NCBI GenBank assembly: GCA_000004695.1
Contig: CM000155.2
Location: 3,456,001-3,520,000, forward strand
DNA: 64,000 nucleotides
Source of the DNA: Dictyostelium discoideum
Taxonomy: Eukaryota
Direction: 5' to 3'
The translations under genes and the position numbers were made by a program. Of the stretch, positions 1 through 18,500 are shown one piece after another. Under the pieces are notes generated by a model that did not search any database, had not been told where the DNA came from, and worked only from the letters and a program-made list of their open reading frames with translations. Numbering within the stretch: the stretch's first letter is position 1; every line of letters begins with the position of its first letter.

Positions 1-2480
1 TTCCATTGATTGAATTGTTAAATCTTGATCTGGGAATGCTTTTAATATACTATCAATATAACCACAACCTGGATAAATTACTCTATTTCTACTTGAATGA
101 CCTTTAAAAAATTCAAATGGTTCTTTTTTAATATCAATAATTGAAACGTATGATTGATATGGTTGTCTTTCATTACGATTACCCAATTGATTAATTGCTG
201 GTCCATTTTTAATATAATTTGAAATTAATGGAGCTACAGACCAATATGATTCATCATCCCATGAATACTTGAATAAAACATCTGATAATTGTTTATATTC
301 AGTATTTTGAAAATCTAATGAGTTTGTTTGATTTGAACAATTAAAATTGACATTATAACCTTTACAATATAATTGTGATATACTTGTTTGAATTTCTAAT
401 ACTTGATCTTTATTCTTTTTATTTAATGATGATAATACTGATATAGTTTGATCTTCAATAAAGAAATAGTTTGAATCTTGTGGTATCATTTCTCTAATAT
501 AATTTCCTAATACTGGTGATGCTGAAATTTCTAAAAATATTACTGAACTACCTAAACCTTTTTTTTCAATGTAATTGAATACATTTTTAATTGTTTTTTC
601 AAATTGTACTGGTTTTCTAACATTTTCATAAACATATTTTGAATCAAATAAAGTTATTGTATTAGTGTTGTGAGCACTGGCTTCATCAGGTTGTTGGGCA
701 ACTTCGTCATCATCATTGAATAAATTTGAAGTTACGGTTGAAAAATTTGGGATATTTGATTTGGTTGATTTAATATCTTTTAATTGTTTTAATAATTCAT
801 CTTTAATAGGTTCTTGTGATGATGAATGGAATGATGATTGAGCACCTAAAAATATTGAAAATGTTTCTTGCTCTTTTAAGATATTTGAAATTTCTTGTAA
901 TTCTGATTCTTTACCTGCTAAAACGATTGAAGATGGTGAATTAAAACAAGCGATTTCAATTGATGGATATTTTTGTTGAAAATTATCAAATTCTTGATTA
1001 AACTTTTGTTCATTTAATGAAGCTACTAACATTTTACCACTACCACTTGTTTGTTGTTGTAATCTTGAACGATGATATATGATAAAGCATCCAGTTTCTA
1101 AATCAATCATACCTGAACAAACTGCACTTGAAACTTCACCAAGTGAATGACCTATTGAAATTGATGCTAAAATACCCCAATGTTTATATAATTCAATCAA
1201 TGCCATTTGAATCATAAATACTGATGGTTGTGCTAAAATTGGTTCATTAATTGTAACTGTATCATCATCTTTAATTGAATTTAATTTATTTAAAATTGAA
1301 TAACCATAATGTTTTGATAATAATGAATCAATTTGATCAGTTTTTTGTTTGAAAATTGGTTCTTGATCATAAAGTTGAGTGAACATTTTTGACCATTGTG
1401 GACCTTGACCGCTAAAAACGAATACTAACTGTGGATTCTTATTGGTATCTTTAATAATATTTCCTGATCTATTTGAATTAGTTGTTATAATTGATTGAGT
1501 GCTTCCAGCTTCTTCCCAATTACTTGCGATAATAACTGATCTTTGAGTTAATTTTAAAGTTTTTGAATCTAATTGATATTTAACAAAATCTTTAAAATTA
1601 ATAGTTTCTGAAAATTCTTTACTTGAATTAATTAATTTTTCTTTATATGATTCTAATGATGGTTTTGAATTTGCTGAAATTGGTATTAAATACTTTTGAT
1701 TTCCATTATTGTTAGTTGTTGCAGTTGTAGTAGTCGAAAGCAATGGAAATGTTGATAAGATTGCTGTACCATTTGTGGTTTTTGTAGTTGTTGGTTTAAT
1801 ATACTCAGTTAAAATTAAACATACATTACTACCTGTAATACCAAAGGAATTGATTGCAATTGATACTTTCTTATTATTTGGGAATGGTGTATTCTCTGTA
1901 CAGACTTTAATTTTCCATTCATCAAATTTAATATTTGGATTTGGTTTATCGAAATTAATGTTTTTTACAAATTGACGATGTTTAAACATTAATGCTACTT
2001 TTGCTAAACTTGCAACACCACTTGCTGGTTCTAAATGACCAATGTTTGCTTTAATTGATCCAATTAATAATGGTTTTTCTCTTGATTCTTTAAATACACT
2101 TGATACACCTTCACATTCGATTGGATCTATAATTATTTTATAAAATTTAAAATTAATATAAAATAATGGTAATAATGATAATAATGAAAAAGTTTAATAG
2201 TGTTGTTGATTACATACCACCAATTTGAGTACTTGTACCGTGTAATTCAAAGAAATCAATATCATTTAAAGCGATTGGTGTACTATTGGTAGTTTCTTTA
2301 TTACAAGATTCCATTGCACTTTTAATATTATTTGCTTGTGATTGTTTTGATGGTGCAAAGAAATTACCTTTGTTTAAATTACCATCTACATTACTGTTTG
2401 TACCTTTGATAACTGAATAAATTTGATCACCATCTTGAATTGCTTTTGACATTTTCTTTAAAATGATTGATACAACTCCC

Positions 2481-2566
<86 letters not shown>

Positions 2567-3778
2567 TATAAATCATTATTAATATTTAAAAATTAGCTAT
2601 TATTTCATTTATGTTTATATAATTTATTACATACTTCTGAACGAACAAATCCATTTGCATCTTGATCAAATGCTTTACTTTTACCAGTTTTACTTGTAAC
2701 ATTTGCAGATTCAAATGATCTTGATGTATGTGGACTCATAATGAAATTACAACCACCAACAATTGAATAATCTGATTCTCCACTAATAATTGATTTATAA
2801 CCAAGATGAACTGCATTTAATGAACTTGAACATGCTGTATCAATTGTTAAACTTTAAATTTATTTTTTAATATAGAGAATTATTATACAAATTAGTTAAT
2901 TAAACTTTAATATAAAAAAAAATAATAATAAAATTAAAAAAAAAAAAAAAATTTATAATACTAATAATTACCTTGCACCTCTAAAATCAAAACAATATGA
3001 TATTCTATTTGAAACACCTGACATATTTGAATTGAAAATGTTCATTGGTGTTTCATCAAAATCAACATTTATAGATGCATAATCTAATGAACTTGCACCT
3101 ACATATACAGATGTATTGGTACCTCTGAGTTTAAATGGATCAATATTTGCATCTTCAAATGCTGTATCAATGATTAAATATATTTGTAAATAGAATTAGT
3201 AAAATATTTGATTTATTATTCTAAATTAACTAACTATAATATCAATTATTAATACTCACCTTCCCATGTACATTTCAAAAGTAATCTTTGTTGAGGATCA
3301 ATTGATGGTACCTCTGTTGGAATAATACCAAAAAATAAAGGATCAAATGACATCCATTCATCTAAATCCTAAAAACAGATTATTAATATTATTATTATTA
3401 TTATTATTATTTTTTAATATACATACAATTAAACCTGCATATTTACTTGAAATCTCATCCATTGAGGCAAATGAATCGCTCCATCTATTTGTCGTTTCAA
3501 CTATGAAATAAATACATGATAATTTTTAAAAATATTAAATATATAATTAGATAGACATTTAAAACCTTTTTTTTTAATTTGGAAAAAAAAAGTGAAAAAA
3601 AAAAAAAAAGTGAAAAAAAAAAAAAAGTGAAAAAAAAAAAATAATTACCAATTCCATCAAAACCAGCTAAAAAACCTTCCCATAATTCTGATGGCCTATT
3701 AATTGAACTTGGTAATCTTAAACCAATACCAATAATTGCGACATCATTATCACCATATTTAATATTTTGGCTATCCAT
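1..3778 (-). CDS. Type I polyketide synthase, 5' part (ketosynthase + acyltransferase, start of next domain); gene continues beyond window start
   Basis: Minus-strand ATG at 3778 ([23 protein letters not shown]...). Spliced translation gives [59 protein letters not shown] (KS active-site Cys), [17 protein letters not shown] (KS His motifs), then [24 protein letters not shown] (AT GHSxG) near 1100-1200. Seven exons in window with GT..AG introns, approx 3778-3639, 3482-3424, 3371-3262, 3187-2972, 2851-2635, 2479-2218, 2126-1. Plus-strand ORF 1709..1975 is antisense noise. Confidence 0.88.
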
Positions 3779-4611
3779 TTTTTTAAAAAAATAAGTGCTT
3801 TTTTATTTTTTTTTTTATTATTATTATTTTTAATACAAAAAAAAAAATAAAAAAAATTATCAAAATTAAAAAAAATAAAAAAAAAGAAACAAAATAAAAA
3901 AAATAAAAAAATAAAAAAAAAAAACTATTATTTTAAAAGAAGAGAAAACATTTCTAAAAAATCTAAAGATATTAGTTGGGTGAGTTTCACATAATAATTA
4001 ATTTGATTAACGGAAGAAATATGCAAAAATTGGCAAAATTTTTTAATTTTTATTTTTTATTTTTTAATTTTTTTTTTTTTTTTTTGACAAATTAATTTCA
4101 TTTCAAACCCCTTACTCTTTTTTTTTTTATTTCCAAAGAAAAATCAAAAAATGTAAACCAACCAATTGGGTGTACCAAAATAAATAAAAAAAATAATAAA
4201 ATAAAATCACATAATGTTGTTATACATGTTAAAATTATCATTGTCAGAGATATCTAAATTAATTTTATTGTCAAAAGAAAATAAAATAAAAAAAAAAAAT
4301 CTTAACTGTGGATATTTTTTTATTTATTTTCAATTATTTTTTTTATCTTAATTTCAATTTTTTTTTTTTTTTTGTTTTATTTTAAAATAATAAAAAAAAT
4401 AATAAAAGTAATAATAAAATTTAATATTAAACCAAAGTTCCATTTAAATTTAAATAGAACTTATAAAAAAAAAAAAAAAAAAAATGAAAATTTTTTGGGC
4501 AAATCTTAAAAAAAAAAAAAAAAAAAATAAAAAAAAAAAAAAAAGATTTAAAAATTGGTTTTTTTTTTTTTTTTTATTTTCATCAACAATATTTTAAGGC
4601 TAATTTAAACA
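3779..4611. promoter_or_regulatory. Divergent intergenic/promoter region between PKS (-) and kinase gene (+)
   Basis: 833 bp of near-pure A/T with long poly(A)/poly(T) runs between two divergently oriented start codons (3778 minus, 4612 plus). This is the typical Dictyostelium bidirectional promoter architecture. Confidence 0.4.
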
Positions 4612-7065
<2,454 letters not shown>

Positions 7066-7155
7066 TTAATTACCACCACTATTTAAAAAATAACTATAAA
7101 CTAATTTACTTTTTTTTTTTTTTTTTTTGGTTTTTTTTTTTTTTTTTTTTAATAG

Positions 7156-7768
7156 GATGAATCTCAAACAAAAATTCCATTCACTACAATATTTCAAAGA
7201 TTAATTTCAATTGTATTGAGAGAGGAATATCAATATAAAAAATACAAAGAGTTGGAATATTATTTTGAAGCATTTAATTCTATCGATCATCACTATCAAC
7301 AACTAAAAATAAATAATGAAAACCTAGTCAAATCAGAATATATAACTAGATTAATAGATTCAAAAGAAATTATAAAAGTTGTAAATCATCTTACATTCAT
7401 GCCAGTTGATGACTATTTCTTTTATGTAGTTCCTCATAATGAAAAGGTAATAATAAATTAAAATAAATTCACTAATTTTTTAAATACTATTTTATTAATA
7501 ACCTAAAATTTAAAAACTAATTAGGTTTATGGAATTGAAGTTTATAAGAATTTTCAAGATATTGATTTCTTTGGACATGCAATAAATATAATTAGATTAT
7601 CATTAGCAATTTTAAATGATCATAGTAAACATTTTAAATTTATTGATGCACATAAGGATATAAATAGTAGTATTTATTATTTTGTTTATGAATTACCTCC
7701 ATCTCTTGCAAGTAATTATAAATCAACATCTGAAATTCAAATCAACAACAAGAACAACAACAACTTCT

Positions 7769-7812
<44 letters not shown>

Positions 7813-8181
7813 AATAATAATAATAATTCTAATGATAAATCTGATAATGAAAACAAATTATTATTTAAACAATTAATTAATCAACATTTTAATAATTGTA
7901 TTGAATTTATTAATAATATTAATACATTTGCTCGTGAAAAAAACCCAATTAATATATTATTATGTAAGTTTTTTTCTTTTTTTTTTTTTTTTTTTTATCA
8001 TTTTGTATATTTATATATATATTAATATAAAAAAAAAAAAAACATATAGATTCAATGCATACAATAATTACAAAAAATGAAATGAATGTATCAAGTCTTT
8101 ATTATTCATATATGGTAAATATTTATTTTTTAAAACAAATAATTTAAATAAAGGAAAAAAATAAAAAAAAAAAGTTACTAA

Positions 8182-8213
<32 letters not shown>

Positions 8214-10395
8214 ATTAAAGTTATTTGGTAAAGTTAATCAATGTATAATTGGTTCATTTTATGATATTGGTAAATGGGTTTATGGTGACCAATTTGAAAA
8301 AAAAATTAAAAGTGCAACATTTTTAAAGAATCTTCAATATTTAGTTTGGTATAAAATGAGTATGATATCTAATAATCATCATCAAGTTTATTTTAGTCTT
8401 TCTAATCTTTATAGTATCCTTAATGAAGATGATAAGGATATGATGATTCTAAATTTAGAATCATCACTAAAAATTAATGAAAATAATGAAAATGAAGAAA
8501 GTTTACCTCAAAAATTATTCAAACTTGATGATATTGAATTTGGTGATAATTTTAAATATTCTAAAATTTTAATTGGTGGTATTTGTTATTACATTTTAAA
8601 TATTAAAGAAGGTGATATATTTAAAGAGGATCAATTTGGTTTAGAAAAGAAAATCTTATTATTAGAACTTAAACAATTAGAAAGTGGTAAAAAATATTTA
8701 TGTTTTAGAAAACAATCACATCAAACAAATACTTTAAAAGAATTGAAATTCAATTGTAGAACAATTAATAAAAAAATAAATGATGAAATCATTTTGGAAC
8801 CTTTATTTGTAGTTGAAGATTCAAATGTTACTTTCCATTTCTATGAATATAAATCATCATTTGAAAATATTAAATCAATTGAATCATATAGTAAAGATAA
8901 TAGTACAGATTATAATGGAATAGTTATTATAAGATCATTACTTTATTATATTCAATATTATTTATCAAATTATAAAAATGATGACGATGGTTCTGATGAT
9001 GATAATGACAATGATAATAATAGATCATTAAAATTGGTATTAGTTAATATGAAAGATAATGAATCATTAATTTATTTAGATATTCAATATTTAATATATA
9101 GATTATACGGTGTTGATATTTCTTTAACAAATGAATGGACAAAAATTAATGAATCATTAATAAATGGTACACCATCATTAATTACAAATTTTATTCAAAC
9201 AAATAGAAATAAAATTTTAAATGATTCAATTTGTTTAGAAATTTTATCAAATGAATTAATGATAAAGTTTAAACCAATTGAAATTGAAATTCAAAGAGAG
9301 ATAAACCATGTTACTTCTGTTGTTTCTGTTGTTGATGTTGATGTTAGTGGTAATTCAAGTAAAAAGAAATTTGTTAGAAAAGCAATTGGTTCAATAATTG
9401 ATTTAAAAATTATTGGTAAAAATTATGGTGGTATTGATTTATCAAATCCTCGATCATTAGGAACCTATAATTTAATTGGTGATTCAGTTTTTAGAAATAT
9501 TTCATTTTTTGAAAATAAAAAATTATTTGAAAAATTTGATACAAATGTTAACTTTCAAAAAGAAATTGAATTTGTTAAAAATTATTCAAAATTTTTAAAT
9601 TTTGATATTTCAAATAGAATACCAAGAGAGTATAGTATATTAAAATCAATTAAAGGAATGAATGGTGTTGTTCAAATTGATAGTTGGTATCTTGAAAATG
9701 ATATAATCTATATTTTAATGGATTATTTTGATGGTCAAAATTTATTAGAAGTCTCTCAAGATCTCATCAATGATTTTACTTTATTCTCAATATTAAATCA
9801 ATTATCAAAAATATTATTTGAATTAGAAACAGTTTATTCAATTCATCATCGTGATTTAAAACCTGATAATATATTAATTAAAAATGATTTAACAATATGT
9901 TTAGCTGATTTTGGAATTTCACATTTTTCAAAAGAATTAAAAAATGATCAAGATTTATATTATTCAAAAGATGGAACCCTTGGTTATCAATCCCCAGTAT
10001 GTATAAAATAATATTATTATTATTATTATTTCCCCAAAAGAAAAAATTAAAAAAAAAAAAAAAAAAAAAACTTCCCAAAAAAATTAAATAAACAGGAAAT
10101 TTATAGTAGTGAATTAAGAGGTAATGGAGATATAAAAAATCAACCTTATAAAATGGATGTATTTGGTTTACGTTGTGTTATGAAGTATTTAATGTCTAAA
10201 TTTAATTCTTCTTCTTCTAAATTAAAAGAATTGGTTGAGAAAATGGGTTTTTTTAATGTGAAGTATTTTTTTTTTTTTTTTTTTTTTTAAAAAAATGTAT
10301 TAACATATTTTTTTTTTATTTTCCTATTAATTTATATATAGTATGATGATCGTATAAGTTTAAAAGAACTAATAGAATGTTTAAATAAATTATAA
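7156..10395 (+). CDS. Second divergent protein-kinase-domain coding unit (kinase domain at C-terminus); possibly 3' part of the same gene as 4612..7065
   Basis: CDS join(7156..7446, 7525..7963, 8050..8114, 8221..9996, 10096..10257, 10342..10395). C-terminal region encodes HHRDLKPDNILIKNDLTICLADFGISHF...GTLGYQSP|EIYSSELRG... (SPE/APE motif recreated across the 9997-10095 intron), then KMDVFGLRCVMKYLM. The first exon (7156-7446) begins at an AG acceptor and has no in-frame Met until its last 15 codons, so it looks like an internal exon. Confidence 0.68.
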
Positions 10396-10412
10396 AAAAA
10401 AATTTTAATTAT

Positions 10413-12122
10413 TTATATCTTTATATTGTTTTTTTTTTTAAAAAAATTAAATTCTGTAGTAAAAAGATATTCTTGATCCAATGTTGGAATGATTTTACCG
10501 TTTAATAATTTGAATTCATTAATATGAGGATTTAAATCAATTAATTTTTGAATTTCTTTCACAAGAGATTCTAATCTTTGTTGTGGTGATGAAAAAGTTG
10601 TTAAATTAAATAAAGATATTGATTTATTTTCTTTAATTATTTCATTAAAAATTGATAATGATTCAATTCCAACCAATGAAAACTTTTGTAAATTTTTAAT
10701 TGATGTTATTGCTGAACTAAAATTAATAATAAATGATTTATCAGGTTCATTATTTGATAATAATTTATTAATAATACAATTATGAGTTAATTCTAATCCA
10801 ATTAATACTTGATTATTATTTAATAATTCTAATAGTTGCAACCATTGAAAATTAAATTCTTTACTTTGTTCTTCTAATTGTTCTTTTGTAATTGAATTAT
10901 TATTATTATTATTATTATTATAACCATTACTATAAAATTTTATAATACTACTACAAGAACATCTTGAAATATTACCTCTTTCATTTTCATTTGTTAAAAA
11001 ATAAATTAAATTTACAAAACATAAACCAATTGAAAGGTATTTCAATTTTGGTATTGATTTTATTTGATTTGAGAATAGTAATTCAACTAAATCTTGAATA
11101 GTAAATTCAGTACCAATAAAAGTTAATGATTCTAAATTTGATAAATAATTTATTTCTTTTTCTTGTTCTTTTTCAGTGATAGTATTTGTTGAAAATAAAA
11201 ATTCATATAATTCAGAATTAGTTTTAAATGAATTCTCTAAATTAAAATTAAAAGTATTGGATATATGTTGATGTCTAGTAATATTATCATATTCAATTGT
11301 TAATTTTTTAATTGAATTATACCAATATTTAATTGATTCAATTATTATTCTTTTATCAAATTGATTAACAATTTCTAATGTAAAAAGTTTTTTAATTCTT
11401 TTATTTATATCTTGTAATGATTTCATTGTAGTTCTATTATTTACTTGATATTTAAATAAATGAATATTTTTAATTGCTTTACATTGATGTAATGATTTAA
11501 TCATTTTATAATCTTCTTCTTGAAAACTAATTTCATCAATTGTATTAATTATTAATTTTTTAAATAATTGTTGTTCATTTGATAATTTCATTAATTTTTC
11601 ATTTAAATTTTTTATTCCAATTAAAATTGGTTTCTTTATTGGTGATGATGATATTATATTTTTATTATTATTTTTATTATTTTTATTATTATTTTTATTA
11701 TTATTTTTATTATTATTATTCTTATTACTTTTATTATTACTACTATTAGTACTAGTACTACTACTACTACTCTCACCACTATAAATCATTTTTTTAAAAA
11801 AAGTTGAATTTATTGAATCGTAATGTAAATGTAAAGTTTTAATATTATCTCTTTTTATAATTGACCATTTATTATTACCCCTTTCTTTAAAATTTAGGTC
11901 AACTGATACCGTTAGATTATTTGATAATGTTTTAAACCATTCATGGCAAACCAATGCTATTGACATTATTAATTTATCATTTTTTAATTGATTATCTTTT
12001 TGATTAAATTTTGATGAAATTTGAAATACATCTATAATTTTATTATTATAATCTATGTGTCTACATAAAAATTTAACAATAATTTTTTGAATATAAATTG
12101 GTAATATTCGATTATGTAACAT
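10413..12122 (-). CDS. Hypothetical protein, F-box-like N-terminus / leucine-rich, N- and S-rich low-complexity insert
   Basis: Single 569-aa minus-strand ORF beginning ATG at 12122 (MLHNRILPIYIQKIIVKFLCRHIDYNNKIIDVFQISSKF...LVCHEWFKTLSNNLT is reminiscent of an F-box). Internal (KNNN)n run is encoded by an imperfect repeat. Stop is 18 bp from the convergent upstream kinase gene stop. Confidence 0.55.
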   Translation of the reverse strand: MLHNRILPIYIQKIIVKFLCRHIDYNNKIIDVFQISSKFNQKDNQLKNDKLIMSIALVCHEWFKTLSNNLTVSVDLNFKERGNNKWSIIKRDNIKTLHLHYDSINSTFFKKMIYSGESSSSSTSTNSSNNKSNKNNNNKNNNKNNNKNNKNNNKNIISSSPIKKPILIGIKNLNEKLMKLSNEQQLFKKLIINTIDEISFQEEDYKMIKSLHQCKAIKNIHLFKYQVNNRTTMKSLQDINKRIKKLFTLEIVNQFDKRIIIESIKYWYNSIKKLTIEYDNITRHQHISNTFNFNLENSFKTNSELYEFLFSTNTITEKEQEKEINYLSNLESLTFIGTEFTIQDLVELLFSNQIKSIPKLKYLSIGLCFVNLIYFLTNENERGNISRCSCSSIIKFYSNGYNNNNNNNNSITKEQLEEQSKEFNFQWLQLLELLNNNQVLIGLELTHNCIINKLLSNNEPDKSFIINFSSAITSIKNLQKFSLVGIESLSIFNEIIKENKSISLFNLTTFSSPQQRLESLVKEIQKLIDLNPHINEFKLLNGKIIPTLDQEYLFTTEFNFFKKKNNIKI

Positions 12123-12361
12123 TTGATTAATTGACGGTGCTTGTTAAAAAAAAAATAAAAAAAAATGATGAAAAAAAAAAAAAAAATTTAAAAAAAAAAA
12201 TGAAACTAGCGAAAAAAAAAAAGAAAAAAAATTTAAAAAAAAATAAAAAAAGATATTTTTAAACAAAAGAGATAAACCCAAGAAAATATGAAAACAAAAT
12301 AAAATAAAAAAAAAAAAAAAAAATAAATAAAATTTTTTTTTTTTTTTTTTCTTTCTTTTTA

Positions 12362-15415
<3,054 letters not shown>

Positions 15416-15524
15416 TTTATAAAAGTATTTAAATTTTCTATATTAGGGGAGTGAAATTCAATAATGGGTTATCACATAACACCTTTTCATTTTTTTTAAT
15501 TTTTAAAAAAAAAAAAAAAAATTA

Positions 15525-15572
<48 letters not shown>

Positions 15573-15746
15573 AAAAATATTTTTTAATTTTTTTTAAAAT
15601 AAATTAAAAAAATAATTAAAAACCATCACAAGTGAAGTTGTTTTTTTTTTTTATTTTTTTTCATAAAATTGTTATAATACATTGATGAATACCCATAAAA
15701 AAAAGAACAATAACAATAATAGATAATAGATATTAATAATAATAAA

Positions 15747-17347
15747 ATGGGGTATTCAAATACATCAACGAAAATGACAACATCATTTGATTCGATGTTT
15801 AAGTTTTCAAATAATAATAAAATATTATTAGCAATGGCTCCTTTAATTGTATTATTTTTATACATTGGCGGGAAAAGGTAAATAATATTTCTCTTTTTAA
15901 ATTTCTCTATACTTTTATATTAACAAATTTTTTTTTATTTTTTTTTTTATTTTACAGTACAATTTATATTTCAACATTGATGATATTTTTAATATACATT
16001 TCAGAATATTTAAACATCCCACCATTGTAAGTAATATATATATATAACATTTTAAATTCATCAAAATAATTTAAAATTAATTGTTGTTTTTATTATTATT
16101 ATTATTTTTATTTATAAAAAGAACATTAATATCGATTTGGGTAGGAATATTTTTAGCAAATGTTAGTATATTATTTCAAGGATTAATATTAGTACAACAT
16201 TCAATTATAAATTTTATATTATTAATGAATATAACGATGTCAATGGGTTTGATGGGAATTTGGTTAACCTTACAATTTTCGTGGTTTACATCGAAATATT
16301 CAACCATTGCAACTTTAATGGAGAGAGTATTATTTGCAAATTTAATTTTTCCAACTTCAACATTACTTACATGGTGTACTGTTGTTGTGAATGGTATTGA
16401 ATCAAGTCCCTTTTATTTAATTGGTTTCTTATTCATATATTACTTTATTTATGGCTTACCACAAAGATCATTTAAAGTTAGATCTTCAAAACAAGTTTTA
16501 TCAACAAATGGTAATTAGAAAAAAAAAAAAAAAAAAAAATTTTATAAGTTAAAATATTAATATTGTTTTTTTTTTTATTATTATAAAGATTTTATTTTAG
16601 GTAGATTAGATACGGGATTAATGGCATTTACAGTAGTATTCTTCCCACCATTATTATATTTTTCAATCTATCGTTTTACTTTCTTTCAATCAATGGATCA
16701 TATTGTAAATGTTTCATTATTATTATCATCATCTGGTGTTTATTTATTTTTACTATCTAAATATGGTTCACTTTGGTGGTTATGTATGTATATTATTATT
16801 ATTCCATATTTTCTTTAAATTATATACTAATTTTTTTTTTTTTTTTTTTTTAATTTTTAGTACCAAATTATTGGGATCAAAGATTAAATATTAAAAAGTT
16901 TGATAGTGGAAATGGTAATAATAGTAATAATAATAGTATATTAAATAAATCATATTCTTTTATATTTGGAATTGGTAGTACAGTTAAAATTATATGTATG
17001 TTGGTATTAGTTGGATGTTTAGAGTACAGGGTATTATTTAATTCAGTGACTTTTTATTCAATAATACAAAATCTATCACCAAGATGGGGTTTTATAGTTG
17101 TAACGATTGGTTTATATTCATTCTCAACCATTTTCTATTTCATTTTTATGGGTGTTGAATCAACATTTACAAATAATACAACCACTACTATTCCAACCTA
17201 TTATCAATATATACTTTCATTGATTGCTTCCATTTTCAGTATTTCGGTTTCATTGATGTTATCAACTCCAATCTATATCTATCCATTTTCAATTTTATCA
17301 TCTTTATCGATTATTAACTTTTTATTTAAAAAGAGATCAATTGTAAG

Positions 17348-17400
<53 letters not shown>

Positions 17401-17817
17401 ACAATTATTAACCAAAATAATAAAAATAGAGTTTTTTAATATTTATAGTTTCAAGTTGTATATTTTTAATTTGGTTTTTAAATAGAAATTATTTATTTAT
17501 AAATTATGAATTTATAAATTCTTATCCACTATCAAATTTATCATTAAAGACAATATGTATAATGATTGTTATTTTATTCATACTATCATTATTAATGGTT
17601 TATACTATTGGACATCAAGTATTTCCAACCATTGCAATCTCTCAATCAATAGTATTAACAAGTTTAGAGATTTCATTACATTCAACTTATTATACAATTT
17701 ATCCAACTTATTTAATTGTATTATCTTCAACATTAATAATTTATTTAAATTCAAAGTAAGTTTTTATTATTATTATTTATTATTATTATTATGGTATTTA
17801 ATACTAATTTTATTTTA

Positions 17818-17863
<46 letters not shown>

Positions 17864-18466
17864 TTAATGGAAAATTATTCAATTACAAATAATATTGGAA
17901 TGATTTCAAATTCTTTAATGATTTCAAAATTATTTGGATTAGTATTTACACCATTAAATGAAAATATTTTAGCATGTTTTATGTTTACAATATTGATTTA
18001 TTGGATTTATAAACCACCAACTTTTATAACAACACCAACAGTTAGTGGTGCTGGTGGTGCTGGTACTAATTCAACAGCAGCAGCTGGTAGTGTAACCATT
18101 GGAAATGTTAATATAACACATTCATTAATGAATAAGAATTTACTTTATTTTCAAATTATTTTAGCAGCATTGGTAACATTTACATTCAATAGACAAATTA
18201 CAATTAGACTATTGAATTTATTCTTTGATACAACAGAGAGTATAGATAATAATGGTAGTGTTATATTCATTGCTAGCTTTTTATTAGCATTTGGTATCTC
18301 TATCATTCCAATTTGTTTTAGATCAATATCACCATTAAAAAGATTTAAAAATTTAAATGTTTTAATTTTATTCACTTCTTTCTTATTATTAATTTTAAAT
18401 CCATCAACAAGGTAATTATTATTTATTATTTGTTATTTATTTATTTATTTTTTATTATTTACTAAC

Positions 18467-18500
<34 letters not shown>

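Noticed and set aside
1709-1975. Plus-strand ORF of 88 aa (also 12505-12741, 14041-14235, 14419-14655, 20376-20573, 27253-28232 set, 31186-31428, 35604-35930, 36444-36836, 38210-38547, 50770-51666 set, 61577-61905)
   Set aside because: All lie antisense to, or in alternative frames of, well-supported longer coding sequences and are composed of V/L/I/Y/H-rich low-complexity translations of Q/N/T-coding repeats. They have no start context or splice support.
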